From: an uncultured Nitrososphaerota archaeon
Lineage (GTDB): Archaea; Thermoproteota; Methanomethylicia; Methanomethylicales; Methanomethylicaceae
Assembly (NCBI GenBank): GCA_964513415.1
Contig: CAZEMX010000004.1
Span: 1 to 50,054 of the forward strand
Reading direction: 5' to 3'
Length of the DNA stretch: 50,054 nucleotides
Shown here: piece after piece, positions 17,537 to 26,234 of the stretch
Layout: each line of letters starts with the position of its first letter
Numbering within the stretch: position 1 is the first letter of the stretch
Notes under the pieces: model-generated
Databases searched by the model: none
What the model was told of the DNA's origin: nothing
The model's input: the letters and a program-made list of their open reading frames with translations, nothing else
Position numbers and translations under genes: made by a program

Positions 17537-18397
17537 ATGGCGGTTGAGCTGGTGGCATTCGACAGCATGGGGGCAAGGTCGATGTGCACGTATATTGAAA
17601 CTAAGGACGTCAGGATCACCATAGATCCTGCGGTGGCCCTCGCGGAGAGGAGGTTCAACCTTGGGCCCCATGCCAAGGAGGTCGATAGGATGGGGCACCT
17701 GGCAGAGAGGATCAAGAGGAGGGCGATGGAGTCGGACGTCATAATCATCACGCATTACCATTATGACCACCATGATCCGGGGGAGGCCGTGCCGCTGGAC
17801 ATCTACAGCGGGAAGACGGTCCTGATCAAGGACCCTAAGAACAGGATAAATTCGAGCCAGGGGAACTACCGAGCGCCGCTCTTCTTGGCGATGATAAAGG
17901 GCAGGGCAAAGAAGATCGAGGTCGCAGATGGCAGGAGGTTCAGCTTCGGGGGCACCGAGGTCGAGTTCTCCGAGGCGGTCTGCCATGGACCGAACAGCGC
18001 GATGGGGTACGTCGTCCAGACGATGGTTAGGCTGGGGGACGAGAAGGTCGTGCACACGTCGGATGTACAAGGCCCCTCCAGGCAGGACCAGGCAGAGTTC
18101 ATCCTGAGGAACCGCCCCAATACTGCGATCATCGATGGCCCGATGATATACATGCTTGGATATGCCTACTCTCAGAGGGACCTTGAGGCGTCCCTAAGCA
18201 ACATTCGGGCAATCCTCGCCGGCGGCACCAAGAACGTCGTGCTGGACCACCACTTCGCGAGGGACATGGCGTTCGAGAAGTACCTGAACGAGCTCAGGGA
18301 AGATTACAGGGACGCCAAGATCGGGACTGCCGCTGAGCTGATGGGCATGGAGGACGACCTGCTGGAGGCCAGGAGGAGAGAGCTCCACAAAGGCTAG
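17537..18397 (+). CDS. Metallo-beta-lactamase-fold protein (UPF0282-like)
   Basis: THYHYDHH (HxHxDH metal motif). The N-terminus MAVELVAFDSMGARSMCTYIET resembles archaeal UPF0282 proteins. Alternative starts at 17510 (TTG) and 17522 (ATG). Confidence 0.7.
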   Translation: MAVELVAFDSMGARSMCTYIETKDVRITIDPAVALAERRFNLGPHAKEVDRMGHLAERIKRRAMESDVIIITHYHYDHHDPGEAVPLDIYSGKTVLIKDPKNRINSSQGNYRAPLFLAMIKGRAKKIEVADGRRFSFGGTEVEFSEAVCHGPNSAMGYVVQTMVRLGDEKVVHTSDVQGPSRQDQAEFILRNRPNTAIIDGPMIYMLGYAYSQRDLEASLSNIRAILAGGTKNVVLDHHFARDMAFEKYLNELREDYRDAKIGTAAELMGMEDDLLEARRRELHKG

Positions 18398-18463
18398 TGA
18401 TGGACCCCCGAGCGCATCAATAATATACAGGAAGCGCAAGACGGTTCAGCAGGGTGGAGAGAG

Positions 18464-18607
18464 ATGGCAATAGACCCGATCTGCAGGATGGAGGTCGACG
18501 AGAAGGCGGCGAAGTGGGTATCGGTTTACGAGGGCAAGAAGTATTACTTCTGCGCCCCCGGCTGCAAGAAGATGTTTGACAGGGACCCGAAGAAGTACAC
18601 CAAGTGA
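18464..18607 (+). CDS. YHS/TRASH-type small metal-binding protein (47 aa, below the ORF-track cutoff)
   Basis: My own translation: MAIDPICRMEVDEKAAKWVSVYEGKKYYFCAPGCKKMFDRDPKKYTK. This is the classic YHS pattern (DPVCxM...YYFCSxxCxxxF). It lies directly upstream of copA. Confidence 0.7.
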   Translation: MAIDPICRMEVDEKAAKWVSVYEGKKYYFCAPGCKKMFDRDPKKYTK

Positions 18608-18735
18608 ACGCCCGGCCAGTATGCGCTCTGCGCCCGCTGGCCATAGCTGCCTATGAAAGCGCCCTCGACAGCATGCTTTGCGTACCCAGCTCAGCAAGGT
18701 AAGGGTTTATAGTCGGACCGCGCAGAGTTTCAGTC

Positions 18736-21108
18736 ATGAAGAAGAAGGCCTCCGTGAAGATAGAAGGGATGCACTGCGCAACGTGTGCGTTGTCCATAGA
18801 GGAGACACTGAGGAGTCTGAAGGGCGTCGACAGGGCAGACGTAAGCCTGAGCGCCAGCAGTGCCATCCTAGAGTATGATCCATCGGTTTCGGGGTTCAGC
18901 ACGATCTCGAATGCGGTCGCGGAGGCAGGGTATAAGGTCGTGAACGAGACCGCGGTGATCGCCGTAGAGGACATCAGGTGTGCCACATGCATCGGCGCCA
19001 TCGAGGAGGGTTTGAGGGGGCTCGACGGCGTGGTCTCCGCCAGTGCCAATCTTGCAACGAAGCTGGTTACGGTTGAATATAACCCGGCTGCGGTCGCTCT
19101 GCAGGAGATAAAGCAGGCCATCAGGGATGCGGGGTTCACCCCCGTCCTCAAGGAGGAGCTTGCCGGCGCGGGCATGAGGAGCAGGTTCGACTTCCTCTTC
19201 AGCCTCGCGCTCTCGGTGCCGATACTGCTGATAAGCATGGTGTTCATGGGGATGATCCCATATCACCACCTTGTCCTCTTCGCGCTCACTACCCCTGTGC
19301 AGATAGTGGGGGGCAGGGGGTTTTACATAGGCGCCTACAAGTCCCTCAGGCGCCTGATGCCCGACATGAATGTGCTGGTGGCTCTTGGGACCACCGCCGC
19401 CTACGCCTACAGCGTCTACAACACCTTCTTCGCGAGCGGAGACCTCTACTACGAGGCGGCGGCGCTGCTCATCACGTTCGTGCTCCTCGGCAGGCACCTG
19501 GAGGATGCCGCCAAATCAAGGGCATCCTCCGCGATCAGGAGGCTCATCGAGCTGCAGCCAAGGTTTGCAGCCCTGCTCAGGGATGGCGAGGAGGTTAACG
19601 TTCCGATAGACGAGATAGAGGTTGGCGACAGGCTTCGGGTAAGGCCGGGGGAGAAGATGCCGGTCGACGGTGCAGTGGTCGCCGGCTCTACCTCGGTCGA
19701 CGAGTCCATGGTCACGGGGGAGAGCATGCCGGTCGACAAGAAGGCAGGAGACGCGGTTATAGGCGGCACGATCAACCAGTCAGGGCTCATCGAGGTGGAG
19801 GCGGGCAGGGTCGGGAAGGACACTCTGCTGGCCCAGATCGTCAGGTTCGTCGAGGAGGCCCAGGCCAGGAAGGCGCCCATACAGAGGTTTGCTGACAGGG
19901 TCGCATCGAGGTTCGTGCCGGCTGTGCTGTCAATCGCCCTTGCCACGTTCCTGGCGTGGACCATGGCGGGGATGCCGTTCAGCTTTGCCATGATAATGGC
20001 AGTCTCGGTGCTGGTCATAGCCTGCCCCTGCGCGCTGGGCCTCGCTACGCCCACGGCAATCATGGTAGGGCTGGGGAAGGGGGCAGAGATGGGCATACTG
20101 ATCAAGGGGGGCGAGGTGCTAGAGAGCGTAAGGCGGCTCACGACGGTGGTCTTCGATAAGACGGGGACGCTGACGGCCGGAAAGCCAAAGGTCGTCGAGG
20201 TGAGGGGGATCGGAGGCGCCGCGGACTCGGAGGTGATCCGGATCGCCGCGTCGCTCGAGAGGGGCTCCGAGCACCCGCTGGCGAAGGCCGTTGTCGAGGG
20301 GGCGGGGTCGGCGATGCTCCATAGTGTCGAGGGGTTCGAGGCCTATCCGGGCGAGGGGGTCGCTGGGACGGTAGCAGGCAGCCTTGCAGTCCTCGGCAAC
20401 AGGAGGATGATGGAGAGGTTCGGGGTCGCGATTGGGGGTGCGAATGAAGAGCTCTCCAGGATGGAGGGTGAGGGGAAGACGTCGTCGGTGCTGGCGGTCG
20501 GAGGCAGGGTTGTCGGGATCATCGGGATCACCGATGTGCCGAAGGCAGACGCCGCCGAGGCGGTCGCGGACCTGAAGGCGCAGGGGCTCAGGACGGTGAT
20601 GCTGACTGGGGACAACGAGAGGGTGGCAAAGGCGGTCGCCATGGAGATAGGCATCGACAGCTATTTGGCCGGCGTCCCACCCAACGAGAAGGCGGGCGCG
20701 ATAGCGAAGCTCCAAGAGCAGGGGGAGGTGGTCGCAATGGTCGGGGACGGCATAAACGACGCGCCGGCGCTCACCCAGGCGGACGTCGGGATTGCGATAG
20801 GTAGCGGGACAGAGATAGCCAAGGAGGCGGGTGGGATCGTCCTGACTAGGGGGGATCTGAGCGGCGTCTCGTCTGCAATAAGGTTGAGCAAGAAGACGTT
20901 GGGCAAGATCAGGCAAAACATGTTCTGGGCGATGGTTTACAACTCCGCAGGCATTCCGATAGCGGCGGGCATACTTTACCCCGCCCTGGTGCTGAGGCCG
21001 GAGATAGCATCGCTCGCTATGGCGATGAGCTCGGTGTCTGTGGTTGCTAATTCGCTGCTCCTGAAGAGGTCCAATTTTGGTCGTACAAACTACAAAAAAG
21101 ATCGATAG
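18736..21108 (+). CDS. copA: Copper-translocating P1B-type ATPase
   Basis: Two HMA domains ([23 protein letters not shown]), a CPC transmembrane motif ([11 protein letters not shown]), [25 protein letters not shown] box at 18706-18712, about 27 nt upstream of the ATG, suggests a leaderless mRNA. Confidence 0.95.
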   Translation: MKKKASVKIEGMHCATCALSIEETLRSLKGVDRADVSLSASSAILEYDPSVSGFSTISNAVAEAGYKVVNETAVIAVEDIRCATCIGAIEEGLRGLDGVVSASANLATKLVTVEYNPAAVALQEIKQAIRDAGFTPVLKEELAGAGMRSRFDFLFSLALSVPILLISMVFMGMIPYHHLVLFALTTPVQIVGGRGFYIGAYKSLRRLMPDMNVLVALGTTAAYAYSVYNTFFASGDLYYEAAALLITFVLLGRHLEDAAKSRASSAIRRLIELQPRFAALLRDGEEVNVPIDEIEVGDRLRVRPGEKMPVDGAVVAGSTSVDESMVTGESMPVDKKAGDAVIGGTINQSGLIEVEAGRVGKDTLLAQIVRFVEEAQARKAPIQRFADRVASRFVPAVLSIALATFLAWTMAGMPFSFAMIMAVSVLVIACPCALGLATPTAIMVGLGKGAEMGILIKGGEVLESVRRLTTVVFDKTGTLTAGKPKVVEVRGIGGAADSEVIRIAASLERGSEHPLAKAVVEGAGSAMLHSVEGFEAYPGEGVAGTVAGSLAVLGNRRMMERFGVAIGGANEELSRMEGEGKTSSVLAVGGRVVGIIGITDVPKADAAEAVADLKAQGLRTVMLTGDNERVAKAVAMEIGIDSYLAGVPPNEKAGAIAKLQEQGEVVAMVGDGINDAPALTQADVGIAIGSGTEIAKEAGGIVLTRGDLSGVSSAIRLSKKTLGKIRQNMFWAMVYNSAGIPIAAGILYPALVLRPEIASLAMAMSSVSVVANSLLLKRSNFGRTNYKKDR

Positions 21109-21143
21109 GCGGCACTCATTTTTGGTAAGGACGAGGGGAAAAA

Positions 21144-21167
21144 GGCACAATTTGTGCCAATCTTTTT
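21144..21167 (+). terminator. Hairpin plus T-run downstream of copA
   Basis: GGCACA-att-TGTGCC (21144-21158) followed by a T5 run at 21163-21167. Confidence 0.4.
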
Positions 21168-21207
21168 ATACTTTTTATAGGTAACAGTATCACAAGAGGC
21201 ATACTCT

Positions 21208-21636
21208 ATGAATAAATATGGAGTGGGAATACTAGCAGCAGTCATGATTGCGGCGCTCGTCATGCCAGCAGTGGCAGCAGGACAGGCAACGACAGACCAA
21301 ATCATCAGTCCTACTTATAATAACGTAAGGGGCTACGTACATGATAGCAACAGTGGGGCACCGGCCGAGGGGGCGACGGTAGTCCTTGTATTCTTTGGGC
21401 AGTGGCAGCAAGTGGCAGTGTTGTCTGGCCAAATTGAAATCGCTACCACGATCACGGATGCTAATGGCTATTACGACTTTGGAAACGCTATCTGGGGGTA
21501 TCGATACTCACCAGCTTTGCTCTTCGCATACGCTCTCGGGTGCGATCCGAGCGATCCGGAGATAATCCTCCTACTATCGTATGATTCGCCCGTCTACTAC
21601 AACCTCTGGGTGTATAACTACTCAATTTCAGAGTGA
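21208..21636 (+). CDS. Small secreted protein with a carboxypeptidase-regulatory-like (CarboxypepD_reg-type) beta-sandwich signature
   Basis: Signal peptide MNKYGVGILAAVMIAALVMPAVAAGQ. Then GYVHDSNSGAPAEGATVVLV...ITDANGYYDF, the G-x-V-x-D...GA-x-V...TDxxGxYxF pattern. Local GC is about 48%, versus about 63% in copA. Confidence 0.6.
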   Translation: MNKYGVGILAAVMIAALVMPAVAAGQATTDQIISPTYNNVRGYVHDSNSGAPAEGATVVLVFFGQWQQVAVLSGQIEIATTITDANGYYDFGNAIWGYRYSPALLFAYALGCDPSDPEIILLLSYDSPVYYNLWVYNYSISE

Positions 21637-21645
21637 AAGCAAGCA

Positions 21646-21673
21646 ATGGCTAAAAGCCATTTTTTCTTTTTTT
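21646..21673 (+). terminator. Hairpin plus long T-run after the secreted-protein gene
   Basis: ATGGC-taaaa-GCCAT (21646-21660) followed by TTTTTCTTTTTTT (21661-21673). Confidence 0.45.
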
Positions 21674-21689
21674 AGTAACATACTCCTTG

Positions 21690-21744
21690 ATCTTCTCGAG
21701 CAGTATGGCAGGGCAGAGCTTTCTTACGCCGGCTATTGTGCCCA
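21690..21744 (-). repeat. Duplicated fragment of the lrp 3' end (53/55 identical to 22232..22286)
   Basis: Direct nucleotide comparison. On the minus strand the fragment still encodes ..IAGVRKLCPAILLEKIKE, the last ~20 residues of the Lrp protein. An in-frame TAA lies immediately upstream, so it is a dead fragment. Confidence 0.85.
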
Positions 21745-21774
21745 CTTAGTATCCGATTTTTGTTGCATAGGCTA

Positions 21775-22150
21775 GATTGCGGCGCTCGTCATGCCGGCAG
21801 TGGCAGCAGGACAGGCAACGACAGACCAGGTATATTTTGGTCCACGATTTATGACCATAAGCGGCTATGTGCATGAGTATTGGACTGGAGAACCTATTGA
21901 GGGGGCCACAGTAGTACTGGTATTCTATGGGGACTGGTGGAGCGAGGTCTACATTGGCGATATTGAGATAGCCACAGCAATTACAGATGCAAATGGCTTC
22001 TACGACTTTGGATACAGCATCTATGCATATCCGTTCTCGCCAGCATTGATCTTCTCTTATGCGCCATACTGTGAACCAAGCAGCCCGCAGATAATCTTCA
22101 TTACGTCGAATTATTACTTCAACATCAACTTGGAAGGCTTGGTAGCTTAG
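21775..22150 (+). pseudogene. 5'-truncated paralogue of the 21208..21636 secreted protein (silent cassette or pseudogene)
   Basis: 21775..21828 is 53/54 identical to 21246..21299 (the C-terminal part of the signal peptide). An in-frame TAG at 21773 removes the signal-peptide N-region. The first ATG (21791) gives MPAVAAGQATTDQ..., with no export signal. The core is about 55% identical in protein to copy 1. Confidence 0.5.
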
Positions 22151-22221
22151 AGGGTGACCATAGCCTCTTTCCATTTTTTTCTTTTAATTTATTTGAGGTC
22201 AGCTTGAGCCGCTGATTGAGG

Positions 22222-22647
22222 CTACTCTTTTATCTTCTCGAGCAGTATGGCCGGGCAGAGCTTTCTTACGCCGGCTATTGCGCCCATCGTTGAGAGTATC
22301 TGCGCGAGCTCGCGCCCATCCTTCGCCCAGACCTCGGCCATGAGCATGTGGTCGCCGGTCGACGTCGCCACGTACTTGGTCTCGCGCATGTCTGCGAGCT
22401 TCTGTGCCACATCGAGCAGGAGGCCAGGATCGACATCAAGGCCCACTATCGCAACGGTGTTGTAGCCTACCTTGAGGTGGTCCAGCACGCATGAGAACTT
22501 CTTGATCACGCCCTTCTCCTTCATGGCAATAATGCGTTTTCTGATCGTCGACTCGTTCTGGTTAAGCGCCCTTGCGATCTCGGAGTAGGAGAGTCCGGCG
22601 TCCTTTGAGAGTTCATTGATGATCCGGGAATCGAGCTCGTCTATCAT
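22222..22647 (-). CDS. lrp: Lrp/AsnC-family transcriptional regulator
   Basis: MIDELDSRIINELSKDAGLSYSEIARALNQNESTIRKRIIAMKEKGVIKKF (HTH_AsnC), followed by an RAM/ACT-like C-terminal domain (VAIVGLDV...MLMAEVWAKD). Confidence 0.9.
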   Translation of the reverse strand: MIDELDSRIINELSKDAGLSYSEIARALNQNESTIRKRIIAMKEKGVIKKFSCVLDHLKVGYNTVAIVGLDVDPGLLLDVAQKLADMRETKYVATSTGDHMLMAEVWAKDGRELAQILSTMGAIAGVRKLCPAILLEKIKE

Positions 22648-22889
22648 ACTTATGACCAGCCTATTGGGATCATATGAAATATTTAAGTTTTATCAGAAAA
22701 ATGAATTGAAAGAAGAAGGAACCAATACACGGACAATAGATTACGTCCCACAAGAGGCACGAACCACTATAAAATGCGTAGGAAATCGGAATCTTGCTCC
22801 GCAGACAGCGAGCCATGCAGAGCGGGGGGAGGAGGGAGGGGCGATCAAATGCTTAAAAGGGGATCGGGACACAAGACACTTGAGGACCC

Positions 22890-23504
22890 ATGACATTCAA
22901 GATCCGAGAGGTTTACCATTTCGAGAAGCCGGGAGAGGTGAACACCGACCTCGTGGCGGAGGCGGTGACCAGGCACATAGAGAGGAGCAGCATAAGGGAC
23001 GTCGTTGTCGCCAGCTCCTCCGGGGCCACGGCGCTCGAGTTCGCGAGGGTGCTGAAGGACCAGGCCCGCATAATCTGCGTCTCAGAGGGGGCATTCCGGA
23101 AGGAGATGGGATCGGAGTGGCCATGCATGGATGAAAGGATAAAGGCCGAGCTTGAAGAGCTGGGCGTGATAGTGCTCGACAAGGCGCCGTACGTCCTCCA
23201 TGGCGGCGTCTACGATGATTCGCAGCACCCGGCGCGGACGGCTGAGCAGGCATTCAGGGACACACTGTACGCCTTCGGGCAGGGGATGAAGGTCGCGGTC
23301 GAGGTAGTCCTCTCGGCGGTCAACTGCGGCGTGCTGGAGCCGTACAAGGATGTCATAGGGGTGGGCGGCAGCGGCAGGGGAGCGGACACGGCAGCGGTCG
23401 TCAGGTCGACCTTCCCGGGGATGGTCTTCTCAAAGGACAAGGAGAAGAGGCTCGAGATAAGAGAGATCCTGGCCATGCCGCTAGCCAAGAAGTGGTGGGA
23501 CTGA
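22890..23504 (+). CDS. Conserved hypothetical protein, possibly pyruvate-kinase C-terminal (alpha/beta) domain-like
   Basis: 204-aa ORF with host-like codon usage. The pattern VVVASSSGATALEFARVL...VIGVGGSGRGADTAAVV resembles PK_C-like stand-alone proteins of archaea. The assignment is from memory only. Confidence 0.45.
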   Translation: MTFKIREVYHFEKPGEVNTDLVAEAVTRHIERSSIRDVVVASSSGATALEFARVLKDQARIICVSEGAFRKEMGSEWPCMDERIKAELEELGVIVLDKAPYVLHGGVYDDSQHPARTAEQAFRDTLYAFGQGMKVAVEVVLSAVNCGVLEPYKDVIGVGGSGRGADTAAVVRSTFPGMVFSKDKEKRLEIREILAMPLAKKWWD

Positions 23505-23521
23505 GCGGCCCCCATCGAGGG

Positions 23522-23866
23522 TTAGCCTTTTTTCTTGACGAGCACGTCCATTTTTGACCTATTAGAGCATGCGGGGCATTTCAGGTAAAGCCAACCGCCG
23601 CCAGTCCTGGTAATTCCATGGGGGCTAACCAAATCGGTCAACAAGGATATTTCGAATTCGCTGCCGCATTTTGGGCAACGGTAAGCAGTGGATTTCTTGT
23701 GCCACAAGACAAGGATGAACACGCCCCCTGCTACCAGCGCTAGCCATAGATACCAGTACGTGATTAACAGAATGAAAGCTGTGACTGAGATGACTGCAAC
23801 GTAGACGCCTATGAGGATCAAGGATTTTGTCCAGTCGCTCCGTTTAGGTTTGCGATAAGCGGCCAT
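23522..23866 (-). CDS. Small membrane protein with a C-terminal zinc-ribbon
   Basis: Two predicted TM helices (SLILIGVYVAVISVTAFILLITYWYLWLALVAGGVFILVLW), then CPKCGSEF...LKCPACSNRS (a CxxC...CxxC ribbon). About 45% GC. Confidence 0.5.
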   Translation of the reverse strand: MAAYRKPKRSDWTKSLILIGVYVAVISVTAFILLITYWYLWLALVAGGVFILVLWHKKSTAYRCPKCGSEFEISLLTDLVSPHGITRTGGGWLYLKCPACSNRSKMDVLVKKKG

Positions 23867-24362
23867 TCTGCACACTATTCCTCAGAGCAGAGCCCCTTCT
23901 GATGACTTCGCATACACTATCAGGATTGTTAGACGAGAAGACAAATGTTCTTCCAGTCTTGGGGGCGACCTCCACGGCATCGCCAAATGAAGTGGTATAA
24001 GCAATTGAGCCGTCAGAGCCGTACCTTACACCAATGCCATAGTACCTGCCAAAGGATGCCTTGGTTCCCTTGCATGAAACAATATCTTTAAGCAAAAAAG
24101 ACTTCTTATTGAAGAAGCCATACGAAACGTATAGCCGCTCACCGCTTATTTTGATGCTGATCCCTCGGTAATTCCAAAATACAAAGAAGATAAACGCCAT
24201 AATCGCCCAGCCAAACAAAACGCCAAAGAGATTTTCAACCGAAAGCCCAGCAAACAGAAGTACTGCCATAGTCACAAAGACAAAAATCGCCGTAACCATC
24301 ACTACTAAACCCTTAACAAGCGCACCCATCGGCACATATTCGCTGTATTCTAAGCGTTCCAT
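23844..24362 (-). CDS. Membrane protein with a bacterial-PH-like soluble domain
   Basis: Two or three N-terminal TM helices, then a beta-rich domain (GISIKISGERLYVSYGFFNKKSFLLKDIVSCKG...) that resembles bPH/YdbS-like domains. Overlaps the next gene by about 23 nt. About 45% GC. Confidence 0.5.
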   Translation of the reverse strand: MERLEYSEYVPMGALVKGLVVMVTAIFVFVTMAVLLFAGLSVENLFGVLFGWAIMAFIFFVFWNYRGISIKISGERLYVSYGFFNKKSFLLKDIVSCKGTKASFGRYYGIGVRYGSDGSIAYTTSFGDAVEVAPKTGRTFVFSSNNPDSVCEVIRRGSALRNSVQNGRLSQT

Positions 24363-24733
24363 GCCCGAATAGCAGGCAAGAAAGGATTTATTTCTTCCGT
24401 CTTTTGACAGGAAGAGACGCCAACGGTTTTTGGCTCGCTTTTCTGTTCGCGCTTGGAATGTATCAATAGTAGAATGAACGCATCGAAAGATGAAACCAGC
24501 GGGATTTTGACAGTTTCAGGCAGTCTCCGAGACGTGCCTCACAAGGAAACTCAAGGGGCGGTCGGGCGGTTGTCTGCACCGGCAATGAGGCGAAGCTATG
24601 CAGTTTGAAGGGTCCTTCAGAAAAGCCCTTTTTTTCCTCGTTTTCAGAATAAACGCCCAATGAGTAATGGCTTCTCCCGCTCGGGCCGAAGAACGGCGGC
24701 TTTCCGTCCGGCGCATCGGTTGGGTTTGCCTGG

Positions 24734-26113
24734 CTAGCCGTGCCTCTGCTTGAACCTCTGCCACCGGTAGTAGGCCGCCAGCGACGATACTGCCCGCTCA
24801 GGTATCGGGTAAGATGGGATGCCGTGCTCGTCCAGCTTCTTCATCGCATCGTCGCATTGTGATCCCCCTACGAAGCTTGAGACGACGGTCTTGCCGCAGT
24901 GCCCGGCCTCGCAGGCGTCGATGACGGACTTCGCGATCGAGACGGGGTCTGTGATGGCAGTCTGGCAGTAGAGCACGATGACCGAGCCGATGCGGGGATC
25001 CTTAAGGGATATCTCGACTGACTTGTAGTAGCTCTCCTCGTAGGCCTGCCCGGTCAGGTCGACGGGGTTCTTGAAGTTGCCGAATACGGGCATGAACTTC
25101 TTGAACTCGGACTGCAGGTCCTCAGGCAGGGGCCAGACGTTCACACCGGATTCCTCGCATGCATCAGTCGTCATGACGCCGACGCCGCCTCCGTTCGTCA
25201 GTATGAGGCAGTTCTCGCTGGGGGGCGGCGGCTGGGCAGTCATCAGCTTGACCCAGTCGAAGGCTTGGGCAAAGTCGGTGGCGCGCAGGGCGCCGCCCTG
25301 CCTGAATGCGGCGTCGTATATGCGGTCGGATCCTGCAAGGGAGCCGGTGTGCGACGCGGCTGCCGAGGCGCCCTTCTCGGTCCTGCCGGACTTGAGCGCC
25401 ACCACCGGCTTGGAGAGGGCGGTCCTCCGGATGGAGTCGATGAGGCGCCTCCCGTCGTTCGCGCCCTCGATGTACATAAGGACGGCCCTGGTGTTCGGGT
25501 CGTCCCTGAAGTAATCCAGCATGTCGGACTCCTCGATGTCTGCCTTGTTCCCCATGCTCACCACCGCGGAGACGCCAATCCGGTACAGGTTCGTCCAGCC
25601 CATCATGGCTATTCCAAGCGCCCCGCTCTGGGTTATGAACGCGATGCTCCCGGGGAAGACCCTCGAGAGGCCGAAGGTGGCGTTCATCCTGGACGGCGAG
25701 TAGTACAGGCCGAAGATGTTGGGCCCCAGCATCCGGATGCCGTGCCGCCTGGCTATCGAGAGCAGCTTCGACTCGAGGGCAGTGTTGCCCATCTCCCTGA
25801 AGCCCGAGCTTATGACCAGCGCAGTCTTTATGCCCTTCCTGCCGCACTCCTCCATGATGTCAGCAACGTAAAACGCCGGCACGGCGATTACCGCGAGGTC
25901 GACATTCCCGGGCACCTCCGCAACCGAGGCGTAGGACTTCATGCCCATGATGTCGGCCCCCTCGGTGTTGACCAGGTAGAGCTTGCCCTCATATCCGCCC
26001 GAGAGTATGTTGCTGACCAGCTCATAGCCTATCTTCTTGGGGTTCCTTGATGCACCAATCACTGCGATGCTCTGCGGATTGAACATCTGATCCAAGTCGC
26101 CCAAGGGAATCAC
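24734..26113 (-). CDS. acdA: ADP-forming acetyl-CoA synthetase alpha subunit / CoA-binding succinyl-CoA-synthetase-like protein
   Basis: FNPQSIAVIGASRNPKKIGY (CoA-binding Rossmann) and AASHTGSLAGS (phospho-histidine loop). 459 aa. Confidence 0.85.
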   Translation of the reverse strand: MIPLGDLDQMFNPQSIAVIGASRNPKKIGYELVSNILSGGYEGKLYLVNTEGADIMGMKSYASVAEVPGNVDLAVIAVPAFYVADIMEECGRKGIKTALVISSGFREMGNTALESKLLSIARRHGIRMLGPNIFGLYYSPSRMNATFGLSRVFPGSIAFITQSGALGIAMMGWTNLYRIGVSAVVSMGNKADIEESDMLDYFRDDPNTRAVLMYIEGANDGRRLIDSIRRTALSKPVVALKSGRTEKGASAAASHTGSLAGSDRIYDAAFRQGGALRATDFAQAFDWVKLMTAQPPPPSENCLILTNGGGVGVMTTDACEESGVNVWPLPEDLQSEFKKFMPVFGNFKNPVDLTGQAYEESYYKSVEISLKDPRIGSVIVLYCQTAITDPVSIAKSVIDACEAGHCGKTVVSSFVGGSQCDDAMKKLDEHGIPSYPIPERAVSSLAAYYRWQRFKQRHG

Positions 26114-26234
26114 CTTATTGTGCTTCAGGAGTATTAGGGAATGCCCACACTTTATATCTCTATGCTAAGACGTTATCAGCTACCCGCAAGCCCTTGCTAT
26201 AGGGCAAAGCCTCGCCCCTCTTGGAGGACTGACT

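Noticed and set aside
20119-21150. 343-aa minus-strand ORF antisense to copA. Similar long ORFs occur at 7146..8111, 8241..9044, 25164..25847, 25265..26050, 34862..35986, 36231..37016, 36416..37393, 37705..38610, 42182..42892 and 46867..47754.
   Set aside because: All lie entirely inside strongly supported genes, either on the opposite strand or in another frame. They are rich in Arg, Pro, Gly, His and Leu with no motifs, the usual shadow ORFs of a high-GC genome.
22616-23134. 172-aa + strand ORF spanning the lrp promoter region and into the next gene
   Set aside because: It starts antisense inside lrp, crosses an AT-rich intergenic region, and becomes an R/G/E-rich out-of-frame read of the 22890..23504 gene. 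It has no motif support.
24463-24764. Two minus-strand ORFs (65 and 82 aa) in the long spacer downstream of acdA
   Set aside because: One overlaps the acdA 3' end out of frame, and both are low-complexity and R/S/A-rich. I kept the region as an unexplained non-coding finding instead of calling genes.
24734-26113. acdA alpha subunit without an adjacent beta (ATP-grasp) subunit, considered as an orphan or unusual enzyme
   Set aside because: Split, unlinked alpha and beta genes are common for archaeal ADP-forming acyl-CoA synthetases, so a whole-genome view is needed before calling this unusual.
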